DNA of 64,000 bases. Origin: a virus (lineage: Duplodnaviria; Heunggongvirae; Uroviricota; Caudoviricetes). The DNA lies in the IMG/VR virus record IMGVR_UViG_3300044638_003984; one strand, written 5' to 3'. Every line of letters starts with the position of its first letter. The first letter of the stretch is position 1. The notes beneath the pieces are model-generated. The model was not told the DNA's origin, ran no database searches, and worked only from the letters and a program-made list of their open reading frames with translations. Shown one piece after another: positions 6,604-16,999 of this stretch. Position numbers and translations under genes: made by a program.

Positions 6604-6819
6604 ATGATTCTCGGTTGGGTTATTACAAAGACTCATTCCTCTGGCGTAACAGAAGTTTACGCCAGAGATTATAAAGAATCATGTTTTGGATATTTTACGC
6701 CGAAGATTTCTGAATCTTATATCTTTCGAAATCGTTCGGCTGCTGAGTTAGAATTTAAGAATTATATAGCTATTGTTTCGGAATCATTTGAACTGGTTCC
6801 GGTAGAAGCTTATATCTAA
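6604..6819 (+). CDS. hypothetical protein (71 aa)
   Basis: ORF track; GGAG ~9 nt upstream. Confidence 0.4.
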   Translation: MILGWVITKTHSSGVTEVYARDYKESCFGYFTPKISESYIFRNRSAAELEFKNYIAIVSESFELVPVEAYI

Positions 6820-7724
6820 CTCAAGAAATTAACCCAACCTAGGATGTGTTTTTCCCAATCATAGTTCTCTCTTGCGAACTCTTGAATGTCGAGGCATTTT
6901 TTATTATATGCTTCTGGATTCTTTTGATAATATTCAATAGATTCTTTCAGAGCAGAACAATATTGATCCTCTTCAGGATAACCCATAGGAAGAACTACAC
7001 CACCACCTTTAGGTCCATAATCTTCGAAATATCCAACTGGTGTTGATAAGACTAATCTTCCTGCTGCAGCTGCTTCCATAGAAGGCAATCCAGCAGATTC
7101 TTCAATAGAAGACACTGCCAATGCATCGATTGAGTTATAATAACCTGGCATACACATCCAGTTATAGAAATTATGTTCCACTAATTTAACTTGTGGAATT
7201 TCTGTTGCAGTCTGTTTAACTAGATGACCACGTTTAATCTCTACATCGAAGAAATTCTTAGTCTCTTTCGCCCCACCATATCCTAACTTCTCAAGTTTTT
7301 CCGAAGGTTTCCTATAGAAGGAGTCGAAATGAATTCCAAAAGGAATTACATCAGGAATTCTTTCGACTCCAAATTCTGCCGCTTTATTCTTCAATACATT
7401 AGAAACTACACCAAATTTTTTAATTTGATTGTAGAAGAGATTACCGAAATCTCTTCTAGCAAGAAGCATATCCCACTGTCCATGAGCAACTGTTGCTAAT
7501 TTTTCAGGTGGAATTCCTAGTCTGTTCAGATGAACAATCGCTTCCGGATTAGTAACGAATAGATCGTAGGAGTCGTTTAATAAACGAATTTCATCAGGAG
7601 TATAGTGTTGTGTCCAATCAAGCAGATTGGCAATAATTCCATACTTATATAATTCTTTTGCTAGAGCATGATGGATCGATCCGAAGGCCCATCTGTTCTG
7701 TGTGTAGAATAATACTTTCTTCAT
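6816..7724 (-). CDS. glycosyltransferase, GT-B fold (group 1 / GT4-like)
   Basis: C-terminal SIEESAGLPSMEAAAAGRLVL (E-x7-E retaining GT motif). Confidence 0.65.
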   Translation of the reverse strand: MKKVLFYTQNRWAFGSIHHALAKELYKYGIIANLLDWTQHYTPDEIRLLNDSYDLFVTNPEAIVHLNRLGIPPEKLATVAHGQWDMLLARRDFGNLFYNQIKKFGVVSNVLKNKAAEFGVERIPDVIPFGIHFDSFYRKPSEKLEKLGYGGAKETKNFFDVEIKRGHLVKQTATEIPQVKLVEHNFYNWMCMPGYYNSIDALAVSSIEESAGLPSMEAAAAGRLVLSTPVGYFEDYGPKGGGVVLPMGYPEEDQYCSALKESIEYYQKNPEAYNKKCLDIQEFARENYDWEKHILGWVNFLS

Positions 7725-7760
7725 TATATACCTCGCAAATTCATTTTTATGTAAATAATA

Positions 7761-8405
7761 TTATTTGGTGGCTTTCCAGTTAGCAAACCATTCATGCTCT
7801 TCTTTACTTATTTTAGGTAAATTTGGATTACTTGTATTATAATCTGAACAACATGTAACTCCAAATACCCTATTATTAGGTAAACCATCAATATACCAAC
7901 AATCTGGTAAACACATATTAAACAAATAATCATCTCCATACAAAATTTGTAATTCACTTGGAATCTGAAGATAATTATTTTTCTTCATAATCATCAAACA
8001 CCCAAAACCCCAACACCGTTCATGTGCTCTTGTTAATTTGAGTGTATCTGAATTACTAAACATATTCAAACCGTATAAACCTGATTCGTGATTATCTAAT
8101 ACTGGTAATAGAGCATCAAAAATATTGGTATCAAATAAAATATCATCATTTAGAAGGCACACGTAATCGAATTTAGCTAATTTTACACCAAGATTCCAAG
8201 CGGGATTCACATAGATATTTTGTTCTTGATCTATTACGTTGATCTTCGGATTCTCTAATATTTTCCAATCAGGTGTTTTATTTTTCTTGTTATTGATAAT
8301 TATAATTTCATGTATTACATCTTGTTGTATCAGTTCAGTCAATTGGATCTCAAAACTCTGAGGAACCCACATTGTGGGTATAATGATTGAGAATTTGTTG
8401 TTCAT
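7761..8405 (-). CDS. glycosyltransferase family 2-like (GT-A)
   Basis: N-terminal FSIIIPT and an NDD (DxD-like) motif. Confidence 0.6.
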   Translation of the reverse strand: MNNKFSIIIPTMWVPQSFEIQLTELIQQDVIHEIIIINNKKNKTPDWKILENPKINVIDQEQNIYVNPAWNLGVKLAKFDYVCLLNDDILFDTNIFDALLPVLDNHESGLYGLNMFSNSDTLKLTRAHERCWGFGCLMIMKKNNYLQIPSELQILYGDDYLFNMCLPDCWYIDGLPNNRVFGVTCCSDYNTSNPNLPKISKEEHEWFANWKATK

Positions 8406-8488
8406 ATTACAGTCCTGCAAAATTTGGCCACCAAGGCGACCATCTATCTAATAAATAATACTTATTATCATGAGAGTGTGACTCTTCA

Positions 8489-8941
8489 TCATATATAAAA
8501 TGTAGTGTTTTTCTCATAATCCTCTATATAATCAGAACATATACCAATACATTTAGAAATATTGTCTTCGTAAAGTTCCGGAATAACAGCTATAGAATTA
8601 TTTATAGGCTGTTTACCTGGATACACCCAAATGAATCCTTTGGATGTTAATGTCATATCGTCCACATCATGCCAGAACCAATTAAACACGGTACTGAACA
8701 TAATATCAACTGCACTATGATTTTTGCAATGAATCCAAAGTTTATGGTTTCTTTCATATAGAAATGATAGATCAATTTCTGAATGACCAGAATCATGACC
8801 AAGAAATAACTGTGAATCATGAACCCACAAATCTACTTCTACATCGTAACCAAGATCTAATGCTCTGTCAATATAATCTGGAGTATTTTCTAGATCCCGA
8901 TTCTTTCCAGAAATGTTACCACGATGTGAAATATATATCAT
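8489..8941 (-). CDS. glycerophosphodiester phosphodiesterase (GDPD)-like protein
   Basis: N-terminal SHRGN...ENT...G-D-VEVD...HD motifs typical of the GDPD family. Confidence 0.5.
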   Translation of the reverse strand: MIYISHRGNISGKNRDLENTPDYIDRALDLGYDVEVDLWVHDSQLFLGHDSGHSEIDLSFLYERNHKLWIHCKNHSAVDIMFSTVFNWFWHDVDDMTLTSKGFIWVYPGKQPINNSIAVIPELYEDNISKCIGICSDYIEDYEKNTTFYI

Positions 8942-9621
8942 AGTCTATTCTTAAATTCTTTATTTAAATATTGTAAACAATAATCAGTTTGATATCTATT
9001 AGATTCATGATACCTCCAATCGATATTATTTTTAAATTCGACAAGATATTCTTTCTTCAAATCCAAGGTATGAAACATCAAAGCCCAACGTCTTTCCATA
9101 CCACAAGCTTGCATTTTATTTGTTGGATATTTTAACCAGTCATTAGGTATCTTATCCATAGATTTCTTGTTTATAGAAAATATTGGGCCAAAAATACCAC
9201 AATCCGGGAGCGAATTGAATGGTATTCCATCTTCAACCCAATTCTGTTGTTCTGTGGAATCATATGAATAGAAGAAATTAAATAGACCCAAAATATCTGT
9301 ATTTTGTAATCTTTCTGAAATTATTTTGAACACATTCGGATTTGTAATTCTGAGAGAATCTTGTAAGAATATGAAGTTTTTAGCCTGATAATTTCTATAT
9401 GCGTGGATATATGCACCAGAATCCCAAGAATCGTATTCTAATCTTTCAAAAATGTATCTAGGATACATATTCTCAAATTCTAAGAAACGATCTTTGAAGT
9501 CTTTATCTTTAGAATTAGTATCTATTATTAATACATCATCAGATGATAGATCACAATTATCCATATCTTGTAATATATTTGATAGACAATCAACATTATC
9601 ATGAGATGCGATTACAATCAT
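8938..9621 (-). CDS. hypothetical protein in glycan island
   Basis: ORF track; operon context. Confidence 0.45.
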   Translation of the reverse strand: MIVIASHDNVDCLSNILQDMDNCDLSSDDVLIIDTNSKDKDFKDRFLEFENMYPRYIFERLEYDSWDSGAYIHAYRNYQAKNFIFLQDSLRITNPNVFKIISERLQNTDILGLFNFFYSYDSTEQQNWVEDGIPFNSLPDCGIFGPIFSINKKSMDKIPNDWLKYPTNKMQACGMERRWALMFHTLDLKKEYLVEFKNNIDWRYHESNRYQTDYCLQYLNKEFKNRL

Positions 9622-9622
9622 A

Positions 9623-10417
9623 TTAATCTATCTTTCCAACAAAAGCCCATTCTTTATTATACCAACATCTTTCAAATTGTTCTGGATATTTTTTACGATA
9701 TTCTTCTGGATATTTCAGTGTGTCGAAAAATATATCTTGTTTATCTAGAACCAAACAATAATCGTCTCTCTGCCATCCAGATTCCCATCTTGTTTTAGCT
9801 CTACATAAACTCTGTTCGTATGATCTAAAAGAATATTGATTATGATTGAAATTATCAACAAATACACTAGGAAGACTTTGTGGGGGAACTGTTACTGAAT
9901 GTTCTTTACCATAAACATAATTCTTGTTGAATCTAAAATATCTATTTTCAGGAAAACCAGGAGCCATGAAGTATTTCATTTTAGGTTCTATCTTATTGCC
10001 CTGTTCAAATTTCCATGTATCTTTTTGGGAAGTGTGAATGAAAAAATGTCTATTTCTAATACAAATAGAATTTGATAAAGGATGATTCACATCTACATAT
10101 TCGAATAATTGTAAAACATTATTATCAGGAAATTCGTCCGGATGAAGTATCCCAACCCATTGTTTATCATTAACCAGTAACTTAGCTTGTTCCCACACAA
10201 ATCCTCTTGTTGTCGAATCATTAGAAGTTGATATTACATTTTTATCACGTTCATAAAATATAACTTCATTAAATTTTGAACAAATTTCTTTACCTTCTAA
10301 ATCAGAAGAACCGTCTAATACCAAAATCTTATCGAAATAGTGAGTAATCTTAGTGAGATATTCTTCTAGAATATCATTTTCGTCTTTCATTATAAGAATA
10401 CCTAACTGTCTATCCAT
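9623..10417 (-). CDS. putative GT-A-like glycosyltransferase
   Basis: ILVLDGSSD DxD-like motif near the N-terminus; operon context. Confidence 0.4.
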   Translation of the reverse strand: MDRQLGILIMKDENDILEEYLTKITHYFDKILVLDGSSDLEGKEICSKFNEVIFYERDKNVISTSNDSTTRGFVWEQAKLLVNDKQWVGILHPDEFPDNNVLQLFEYVDVNHPLSNSICIRNRHFFIHTSQKDTWKFEQGNKIEPKMKYFMAPGFPENRYFRFNKNYVYGKEHSVTVPPQSLPSVFVDNFNHNQYSFRSYEQSLCRAKTRWESGWQRDDYCLVLDKQDIFFDTLKYPEEYRKKYPEQFERCWYNKEWAFVGKID

Positions 10418-11072
10418 ATGTTATTCCTTTCAAATTATAAATTAAGTCATTATCTATGATAAAATCTACACCATCGAATTTTAGATATTTATCAAAAATA
10501 TCTTCGGCATTAACAACATCTTTAATTAATTCTTCTGTATAAAACGATTCATCCGGAACACATCTAGACATAGTTTCATAATCACCATAGAAAAATATAT
10601 CACTGGGAAACCCATTTATTGGAGATCGTTTTCCATAAATTTTTCCAGTTTGTATTTCTTTTCTAAGATCTATATTAATAGAATTTAAATCGAATCTACT
10701 TCTAACAACAACATCATATGATGTATTTGTGTAACTAATACATTGTTTAATCTTTTTGAACATCAATAGAGTATTCAATGCATTAACTGAGTGTGGAGAA
10801 TTAGGCAATATTATATCAAAAGAAGACAAATAATTGTATTTAGATCTATCTTCTATATCGAAAAATTTTGGATTATAATTAGCATTTAAGATATCAGAAT
10901 CAATTAAATCACATTCTTCACGTTCACCTTTCCAAAAAGAGCAATCTATTCCCGATTTAGTCCATGTAGATAAAAAGAAATCTGATTTTAATTCAGAAAA
11001 ATATACACTCGGCTGACTTAATTCATTCTGAAATTCTCTTACGTGACCTGAAATACAATATGCAATTTTCAT
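10410..11072 (-). CDS. hypothetical protein in glycan island
   Basis: ORF track. Confidence 0.45.
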   Translation of the reverse strand: MKIAYCISGHVREFQNELSQPSVYFSELKSDFFLSTWTKSGIDCSFWKGEREECDLIDSDILNANYNPKFFDIEDRSKYNYLSSFDIILPNSPHSVNALNTLLMFKKIKQCISYTNTSYDVVVRSRFDLNSINIDLRKEIQTGKIYGKRSPINGFPSDIFFYGDYETMSRCVPDESFYTEELIKDVVNAEDIFDKYLKFDGVDFIIDNDLIYNLKGITYG

Positions 11073-11665
11073 ATTCTTTTGAAGTGTACGTCCGCTTCTT
11101 TATTAACATTATCAGGAATAACTTGACAAGAAAATCCATTATCATTTAAGAACTGCACAATATCTTCTACTCTATTAGAAGTTCCTGTATATAATTCTAC
11201 AGTATATGATCCTTCACACTTACCTTCTCTTACTATGTTAATTCTATTTCCTAAACTCTGCAATACTCTGAAATCGTTTCCTTGCGCATCTATCCACAAA
11301 TAATCTATATCTAATATAGATTCACTTTCTATTATAGAATCCAATCTCTTCTTTTCTACTAGACAAGACTCAGTGAAACTGAAATCTGGTCTGTTTTCCC
11401 AAAGTTCATGAATATTTTCACTGAATTTATATAGAGAAGAACATCCCCAATCTCCACTACCAGCTATATTAAATTCTGATATTCCTTCTTCAACATCTAT
11501 CGCATAAGGATAAATTTTAATATTTGAATAATGTTTGAAATTATTCGTTAGATCTGAGAATAATTTTGGTGTTGGTTCGAAAGCGAAGACAACATTATTC
11601 TCATTATCAGCAAATCTTTTCGTGTCTAGACCTAAATTTGCTCCGACTTCAAATATTATATTCAT
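11069..11665 (-). CDS. FkbM-family methyltransferase
   Basis: N-terminal FEVGANLGLDT...VFAFEPTP pattern of FkbM SAM-dependent methyltransferases. Confidence 0.55.
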   Translation of the reverse strand: MNIIFEVGANLGLDTKRFADNENNVVFAFEPTPKLFSDLTNNFKHYSNIKIYPYAIDVEEGISEFNIAGSGDWGCSSLYKFSENIHELWENRPDFSFTESCLVEKKRLDSIIESESILDIDYLWIDAQGNDFRVLQSLGNRINIVREGKCEGSYTVELYTGTSNRVEDIVQFLNDNGFSCQVIPDNVNKEADVHFKRI

Positions 11666-13016
11666 AATTCGTTAAAAAGGAATTCAAATCTTCTGGAGTT
11701 CCCAAACCCCACATTTCATTTATGTTAAAAATTTTAAATTTCTTTTTGTCTTTTAGTGCTTCATTGAAGACCGGACAAACGTAAAATTCGTTATTAACCC
11801 TAATATTATTAGATATCATTTGTTCAGTATATTTAACATAATCTGAACCCTTAGACCAATAATATATTCCTGCGGTAGCAATATCAGATATCGGATTCTT
11901 TTCTGCAACCTCTGTCACAAAACCATATTCATCTGTTTTAACAAAAGACCATTTTGGATGTGTTGCATTGAATGTAATAATTCCACCATCTATGGAAGAT
12001 TCTTGCATCTTATACATAAATTCATTAGAATTCCATTCAACAAATTGATCCGAATTCGCCATCAATAGAGGTTCGTCGTTATCTATGAATTCTTTTGCTA
12101 ATAGAGTCGTACAGGCTGCACCTTCTGTTAATCCATCTACTTCCACAATTTTACAGCCAGGAGTAATTAGTTTCAACATGGAATCTAGATTATACTTCTC
12201 TCGATGTTTCTTTTGGATAACATATATGAATCTCCCATCTACATTCAAATTTTCTACAACAACTTGAATCATAGGTTTACCATTTACATCAATTAATGGT
12301 TTCGGAAAGGTATATCCTGCTTGTTCAAATCTGGAACCAGCTCCAGCCAATGGTATCAAAATATTCATAGTATTACCTTGCCATTTTGGCACAAATTTAT
12401 TTGTCTTTGTTTTTAACAAAATATTATCAAGTATTAAATCTTCAGGTGAATTAACTCTCAATACATTAGCTCCTGATCTATAAGCTGCCAATAAACCTGT
12501 TGGTGAATCTTCAATTATTAAAGTTTCTTCAGGTAAAAATTTAAATGATTGCATAGCTTTCCAATATATTTCAGGATAAGGCTTTGGATATCTCACATCT
12601 TCATTAGATATGATGATATCCATATAATGGATTATTCCAATTTTTTTAAGAACAGATTCTATTGTGTTTCTTATTGAATTAGAACAACATCCTAAAATGA
12701 ATGATTGGTGTTTTAATGAATTAAATATTTGAATTAATTTATCTGAAGTATGTAATTTCGACAAATGTTTTTCAATTAATTCTTGTTTCTTTAACCAAAT
12801 AGATTTGTGAAGATTTGGATCTAGATATTTTTCTTTGGTTAATAGATCTAATTTGTCGTAAGTTGTTAATCCATCATATTTCGAATGATGTTCGGATAAT
12901 GATATAGTTTTATCAGAATCCGAATAACATTCTATAGCTTCATTTAGACAACTGAAATGCATTTCTTTAGTGTCTACTAAAACTCCATCTAAATCAAATA
13001 ATATCAATTTAATCAT
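11649..13016 (-). CDS. bifunctional HAD-superfamily phosphatase / sugar-phosphate nucleotidyltransferase
   Basis: N-terminal LILFDLDGVLVDT (HAD motif I); C-terminal ILIPLAGAGSRF...KPLIDVNGKPMI (NTP-transferase glycine-rich loop). Confidence 0.6.
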   Translation of the reverse strand: MIKLILFDLDGVLVDTKEMHFSCLNEAIECYSDSDKTISLSEHHSKYDGLTTYDKLDLLTKEKYLDPNLHKSIWLKKQELIEKHLSKLHTSDKLIQIFNSLKHQSFILGCCSNSIRNTIESVLKKIGIIHYMDIIISNEDVRYPKPYPEIYWKAMQSFKFLPEETLIIEDSPTGLLAAYRSGANVLRVNSPEDLILDNILLKTKTNKFVPKWQGNTMNILIPLAGAGSRFEQAGYTFPKPLIDVNGKPMIQVVVENLNVDGRFIYVIQKKHREKYNLDSMLKLITPGCKIVEVDGLTEGAACTTLLAKEFIDNDEPLLMANSDQFVEWNSNEFMYKMQESSIDGGIITFNATHPKWSFVKTDEYGFVTEVAEKNPISDIATAGIYYWSKGSDYVKYTEQMISNNIRVNNEFYVCPVFNEALKDKKKFKIFNINEMWGLGTPEDLNSFLTNYEYNI

Positions 13017-13037
13017 ATTACCAAACTATATTTATCC

Positions 13038-14210
13038 TTATGCTTGTGGAGCTGTCTTAATCCCTGCTGGATAATAACGATTCAACCATTCTAATTCATC
13101 TGTATGTTCGTCTTCCGTATACCAACCTTTACCAGTGTAAACATTATGAACCATGGTGAAATAATGCTCATACATTCTGGCAACACGGTCCAGTGTGAAG
13201 TTTGCCATCGCCCAATCTCTACAATCTTGTGGATTGATCTTGTCAATATTCTTAGCCGCCCAAGAGAATTCTGAGAATGAACGACAACGATAACCAGTTA
13301 CTCCGTGTAAATTATTCTCTGCGTGTGAACCCCAATCTGTTGTGATAATAGGACAACCTGCAAAAAGAGCTTCGATAGATGCTCCACCAAAAGGTTCGTT
13401 GAACATAGAAGGAAGCCAAAATCCTTTTGCTTTTGACAGGACTCGTTTTCTATCTTCAGAATTTAGATATCCGATAACTTCAATTTGACCAGGAATTTCT
13501 TTATAACCATGTTCTTCAAGAGAACCTTGTCCTGCGATCTTCAATTTCAACCCAAGTTTTTCACAGACTTGATAGGCAACATCAATACCCTTTCCAGGAT
13601 AGATTCTACCCATGAATAGAAGATAATCATCTTTCTCTTTTGAAAATTCAAATTCATCTGGATCGAAATAATTAGGAATCACAGCATGATACCAGGATTC
13701 TTTGCACTGACCAACAGCTTCATGACCACCAACAGCAGAACGAATGGCATATGATTCATAGATTCGCCAAGGAGAGAATTGGCCTGTAGCATATCCAATA
13801 CCAGGCTCTACGATAATCATATCGTCTACAAACGCATCACATACTGGTTTATTACCCCATCCCCAGAAAGGTAGAATGAAATCGTTTGGTTGTTTTCTCT
13901 TTTGAATTTCTCTAATAGCGTTCTTATAGAAAGTTTGATAAGCATGGTCATTCATATCAAACTTAAAGAAATTCTTGCGCCAATCAAAATCACCATATGC
14001 TTTCTTAAAATCATCATTGGTAACAACCGTAACATGTTCCGTACACTCTAGTTCGGAATCTTCGTGACCATAATGAATAACTTCGTGTCCACGTGAGACC
14101 ATCATTTTCCCGAATTTGCGTGTCTTTTGTCCGTACGCACAAGCCGAAAATTCTGCATTAGTTACTACATGTGGTGGTGGTAGAATATGAAATCTAAACT
14201 TTTGACTCAT
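13038..14210 (-). CDS. glycosyltransferase group 1 (GT4-like)
   Basis: GRIYPGKGID...KIAGQG and EPFGGASIEALFAGCPII motifs typical of retaining GT-B enzymes. Confidence 0.65.
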   Translation of the reverse strand: MSQKFRFHILPPPHVVTNAEFSACAYGQKTRKFGKMMVSRGHEVIHYGHEDSELECTEHVTVVTNDDFKKAYGDFDWRKNFFKFDMNDHAYQTFYKNAIREIQKRKQPNDFILPFWGWGNKPVCDAFVDDMIIVEPGIGYATGQFSPWRIYESYAIRSAVGGHEAVGQCKESWYHAVIPNYFDPDEFEFSKEKDDYLLFMGRIYPGKGIDVAYQVCEKLGLKLKIAGQGSLEEHGYKEIPGQIEVIGYLNSEDRKRVLSKAKGFWLPSMFNEPFGGASIEALFAGCPIITTDWGSHAENNLHGVTGYRCRSFSEFSWAAKNIDKINPQDCRDWAMANFTLDRVARMYEHYFTMVHNVYTGKGWYTEDEHTDELEWLNRYYPAGIKTAPQA

Positions 14211-14226
14211 TATAACTCCTAATTCA

Positions 14227-14255
14227 ATTATAATATACTTGAGTATTTAGGTCAA
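14227..14255 (-). promoter_or_regulatory. sigma70-like promoter TTGACC-17-TATAAT for the glycan island, overlapped by palindrome GGTCAAAATTGACC
   Basis: The reverse complement reads TTGACCtaaatactcaagtatatTATAAT, then RBS AGGAG and the ATG at 14210. Confidence 0.5.
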
Positions 14256-14386
14256 AATTGACCAAATAAATTATACATGAGATAGAAATTTTCTAATAAT
14301 CTCTAACCCACTATCCATCTACTATGATTGACTAGTAAATGTCTAATCATATTTATGCACTTTAAAAGTACATAATTATTCCAGCG

Positions 14387-14959
14387 TTATACTCCAAATG
14401 CGATCTTATATAAATCAATTTTAGTTGTAGATCCTGCTGCGGCGGATGCAATTAATCTTATATTTCCACCAGTGATATTGGTTGTATAAGTTACTAGAGG
14501 ATTTGCTGAAGTATGTACTCTAGAGTATTCGGATATATAAGCTGTTGTTCCATTATGGATCAATAGAATTTCAGAACATTGGAAATTTGTGAGGTATGAA
14601 ACTTGTAATACATATTTCACTGTTCTGAATGTAGATATAGGCGATTCATCGATAACAGTTTCTGTAACACCAATATTTGTGATTCTTTTACCAGAAATTA
14701 ATGCTGGATCAATTGAAAGTTGTCCAGTCATTGTTAGTGTATTAGTTTCTTTGACCCATGTTAATCCTGTTGCCCCAACTACAGATGTATTATCTAGATA
14801 CAACAATTCACGATTAGATCCAGAAAATGTTCCTGTCGCTCCAGTAAAACCAGTCGCACCTATTCCTGTAGAACCTTGATTACCTATTGTGCCCTGAGTT
14901 CCTATTGATGCAACTTTTACAGTCGTTGATGATGGTATTGTAACTGTTATATTTGACAT
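14387..14959 (-). CDS. virion structural protein with short collagen-like G-X-Y stretch (neck/tail-associated?)
   Basis: [24 protein letters not shown] motif; directly follows the gp13-gp14-gp15 genes on the same strand. Confidence 0.45.
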   Translation of the reverse strand: MSNITVTIPSSTTVKVASIGTQGTIGNQGSTGIGATGFTGATGTFSGSNRELLYLDNTSVVGATGLTWVKETNTLTMTGQLSIDPALISGKRITNIGVTETVIDESPISTFRTVKYVLQVSYLTNFQCSEILLIHNGTTAYISEYSRVHTSANPLVTYTTNITGGNIRLIASAAAGSTTKIDLYKIAFGV

Positions 14960-14960
14960 T

Positions 14961-15299
14961 TTACTTTGTTGCGTTTGGTTTAACTTCTACAATTCCTTCA
15001 ATAACTCTAGTTACAATAGAACCATTTGTTATCTCAACATCATAAACATATCTACCCGATTTATATGTTGCAGTTTGTGTTGCAGTAGCTGATAATGTTA
15101 ATTTACCATCAGTTGGAGGAGAATCTATAGTAACAGTTAAAGGATATACGTTGAAATCCGAATAATATGATGTTCTTATTTTACAACTACCAGTATATCC
15201 AGTTAGATTCATCGATGAACCATCAGAATTATTTAATTCAATTGTTGTACTAAATGTAGCACCAGATTCTATCTTTAAATTAGTGTAACCTGCTGACAT
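14961..15299 (-). CDS. hypothetical structural protein (112 aa)
   Basis: ORF track; Thr/Ser-rich, beta-sandwich-like composition. Confidence 0.4.
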   Translation of the reverse strand: MSAGYTNLKIESGATFSTTIELNNSDGSSMNLTGYTGSCKIRTSYYSDFNVYPLTVTIDSPPTDGKLTLSATATQTATYKSGRYVYDVEITNGSIVTRVIEGIVEVKPNATK

Positions 15300-15308
15300 G
15301 TAATTTCC

Positions 15309-16334
15309 TTAATATTCCGTAATAGTTGTATTTATTGTATAAACATCATCTCTATCTGCTGTAGATGGATTGACGGAAACTGTTGTTGTTACTAATTTTT
15401 GTGTAGTATCTAATTCGTAAAAATTAGTAACAGCATTTTTAATAATCTTAGCATCAGAAATTGGTGGATAAATCCAAGAGTTTGCAACAAATGTTAACGT
15501 CCATGTTAAAATTCTATCATCTTCTACTGATCCTTCATATTCATCTGATTGTGAAACTGATGTTAAAGTAATTTGCACATCCCTCTTCATATCAATAGAT
15601 GGTATATCGTTCAGAGTAATGGTATAAAAAGGAGTGAAATATGGAAGAATCTGTTCTATAATTTGTAGACCATCATCAATATATTTAACAAATAAATTAA
15701 CAGTAAATTCAAAATTATAAGGAACTGGATTATACTGTCCAATATATGTTGTTTTTAACGTAGAAATACCGGAACCTGGTGCGATTAAATCAATTGCTGT
15801 TCCGGCTTCAGCTAAAGATTTAGAAGAAGCGAGTTTAATTGTATTGTTAGTCGTCTTAATTGTGTAATAAGTTCCACCATCAAAAAATCCTGTTGCTCCA
15901 ATTGAATTTCCAGATCCTTTAATATAAGTTACTGATTGACCAGTTCTTAAATTATGTGACGGGATAGTTATGGTATTTTCACTTACATTAATGGCACTTG
16001 AAGCATTAAACGTCAAATCATTTTGTGGAACAAATATATTCTTTCCAATAGTTTGTTGTTTTCTTGTTGAATCATATGACATAGAAGTTAACTCAAACGA
16101 TAATCTTGGAAGAATAACTTTTACATCAACATAATTATCTCTTCTCTGAACATCTTGTTGTTGTAACATCGTGATGGTTTTATCTGCAGATGCGTATGCA
16201 AGTGGAACTTTAATGGTTTTTTCTATCGATCCATCTTGATTATATCTTAAGACTCTTATATTATTAAATAGAGAACCAAAAGCTGCAGTCAGATTTCTAA
16301 TTGTAGAGAAATAAAAGTTTGATGAATTTAACAT
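15309..16334 (-). CDS. T4 gp15-like tail sheath stabiliser/tail completion protein
   Basis: N-terminal FGSLFNNIRVLRYNQDGS...KVPLAYAS and QIIEQILPYFTPFYTITLNDIPSIDMKRDVQITL...WIYPP blocks align with the remembered T4 gp15 sequence; follows the gp13 and gp14 homologues. Confidence 0.6.
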   Translation of the reverse strand: MLNSSNFYFSTIRNLTAAFGSLFNNIRVLRYNQDGSIEKTIKVPLAYASADKTITMLQQQDVQRRDNYVDVKVILPRLSFELTSMSYDSTRKQQTIGKNIFVPQNDLTFNASSAINVSENTITIPSHNLRTGQSVTYIKGSGNSIGATGFFDGGTYYTIKTTNNTIKLASSKSLAEAGTAIDLIAPGSGISTLKTTYIGQYNPVPYNFEFTVNLFVKYIDDGLQIIEQILPYFTPFYTITLNDIPSIDMKRDVQITLTSVSQSDEYEGSVEDDRILTWTLTFVANSWIYPPISDAKIIKNAVTNFYELDTTQKLVTTTVSVNPSTADRDDVYTINTTITEY

Positions 16335-16357
16335 TTAATACACATATTCCTTTATAA

Positions 16358-16996
16358 TTAATTATTGATATTAGAAAAAGGATTTGACTCTGTGAAGTCT
16401 ATTATAATATCGGATTTAGATTGTATTTTATCGTTCTTAGCAAATGGATCACCAATTCCTGTAGCACCATCATTATTATAAGTTACATTAACTTCATCTG
16501 CTTCAGTACCAGTGTCAATAGTTTCATTAGAATATTTAAATACTTCGCAAGTTAGAATAAAATATTGTCTCGCCCCAAGAGGAAATAGAGGATTCTTATC
16601 ATCAACATATTTAATTTCGAAAAGGGATCTTGCTGTAGGATACATTATAAGATCACCTTCGACTGGAAGAACCTTTCCTACAATAGATTCAAATCTTTCT
16701 CTAGAAACAATTAATCTTAATCTATCACCTAGAGTGAATCCAAATTTAGAAATTAAAGCTCCGTCCCCAAGAAATGCTTCATAATTCTCTATGTACATTT
16801 CTATTACAAAATTTCTCTCGAATTTAGATATATAATCTTCACGATATAATTCATCAACATTAACAATAGTTCTTGGTAAATAAACAAAATCACATCCTGC
16901 AATTTGTATAGATTCATTTACCAAAACTTGGAGAAGATTCTGTTCTTCTGTAGAACCTATACCACGACCGGATTGAAAAAATTTATTAGTTGGCAT
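16358..16996 (-). CDS. T4 gp14-like neck protein
   Basis: Position between the gp13 and gp15 homologues; size 212 aa. Confidence 0.5.
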   Translation of the reverse strand: MPTNKFFQSGRGIGSTEEQNLLQVLVNESIQIAGCDFVYLPRTIVNVDELYREDYISKFERNFVIEMYIENYEAFLGDGALISKFGFTLGDRLRLIVSRERFESIVGKVLPVEGDLIMYPTARSLFEIKYVDDKNPLFPLGARQYFILTCEVFKYSNETIDTGTEADEVNVTYNNDGATGIGDPFAKNDKIQSKSDIIIDFTESNPFSNINN

Positions 16997-16999
16997 GAT

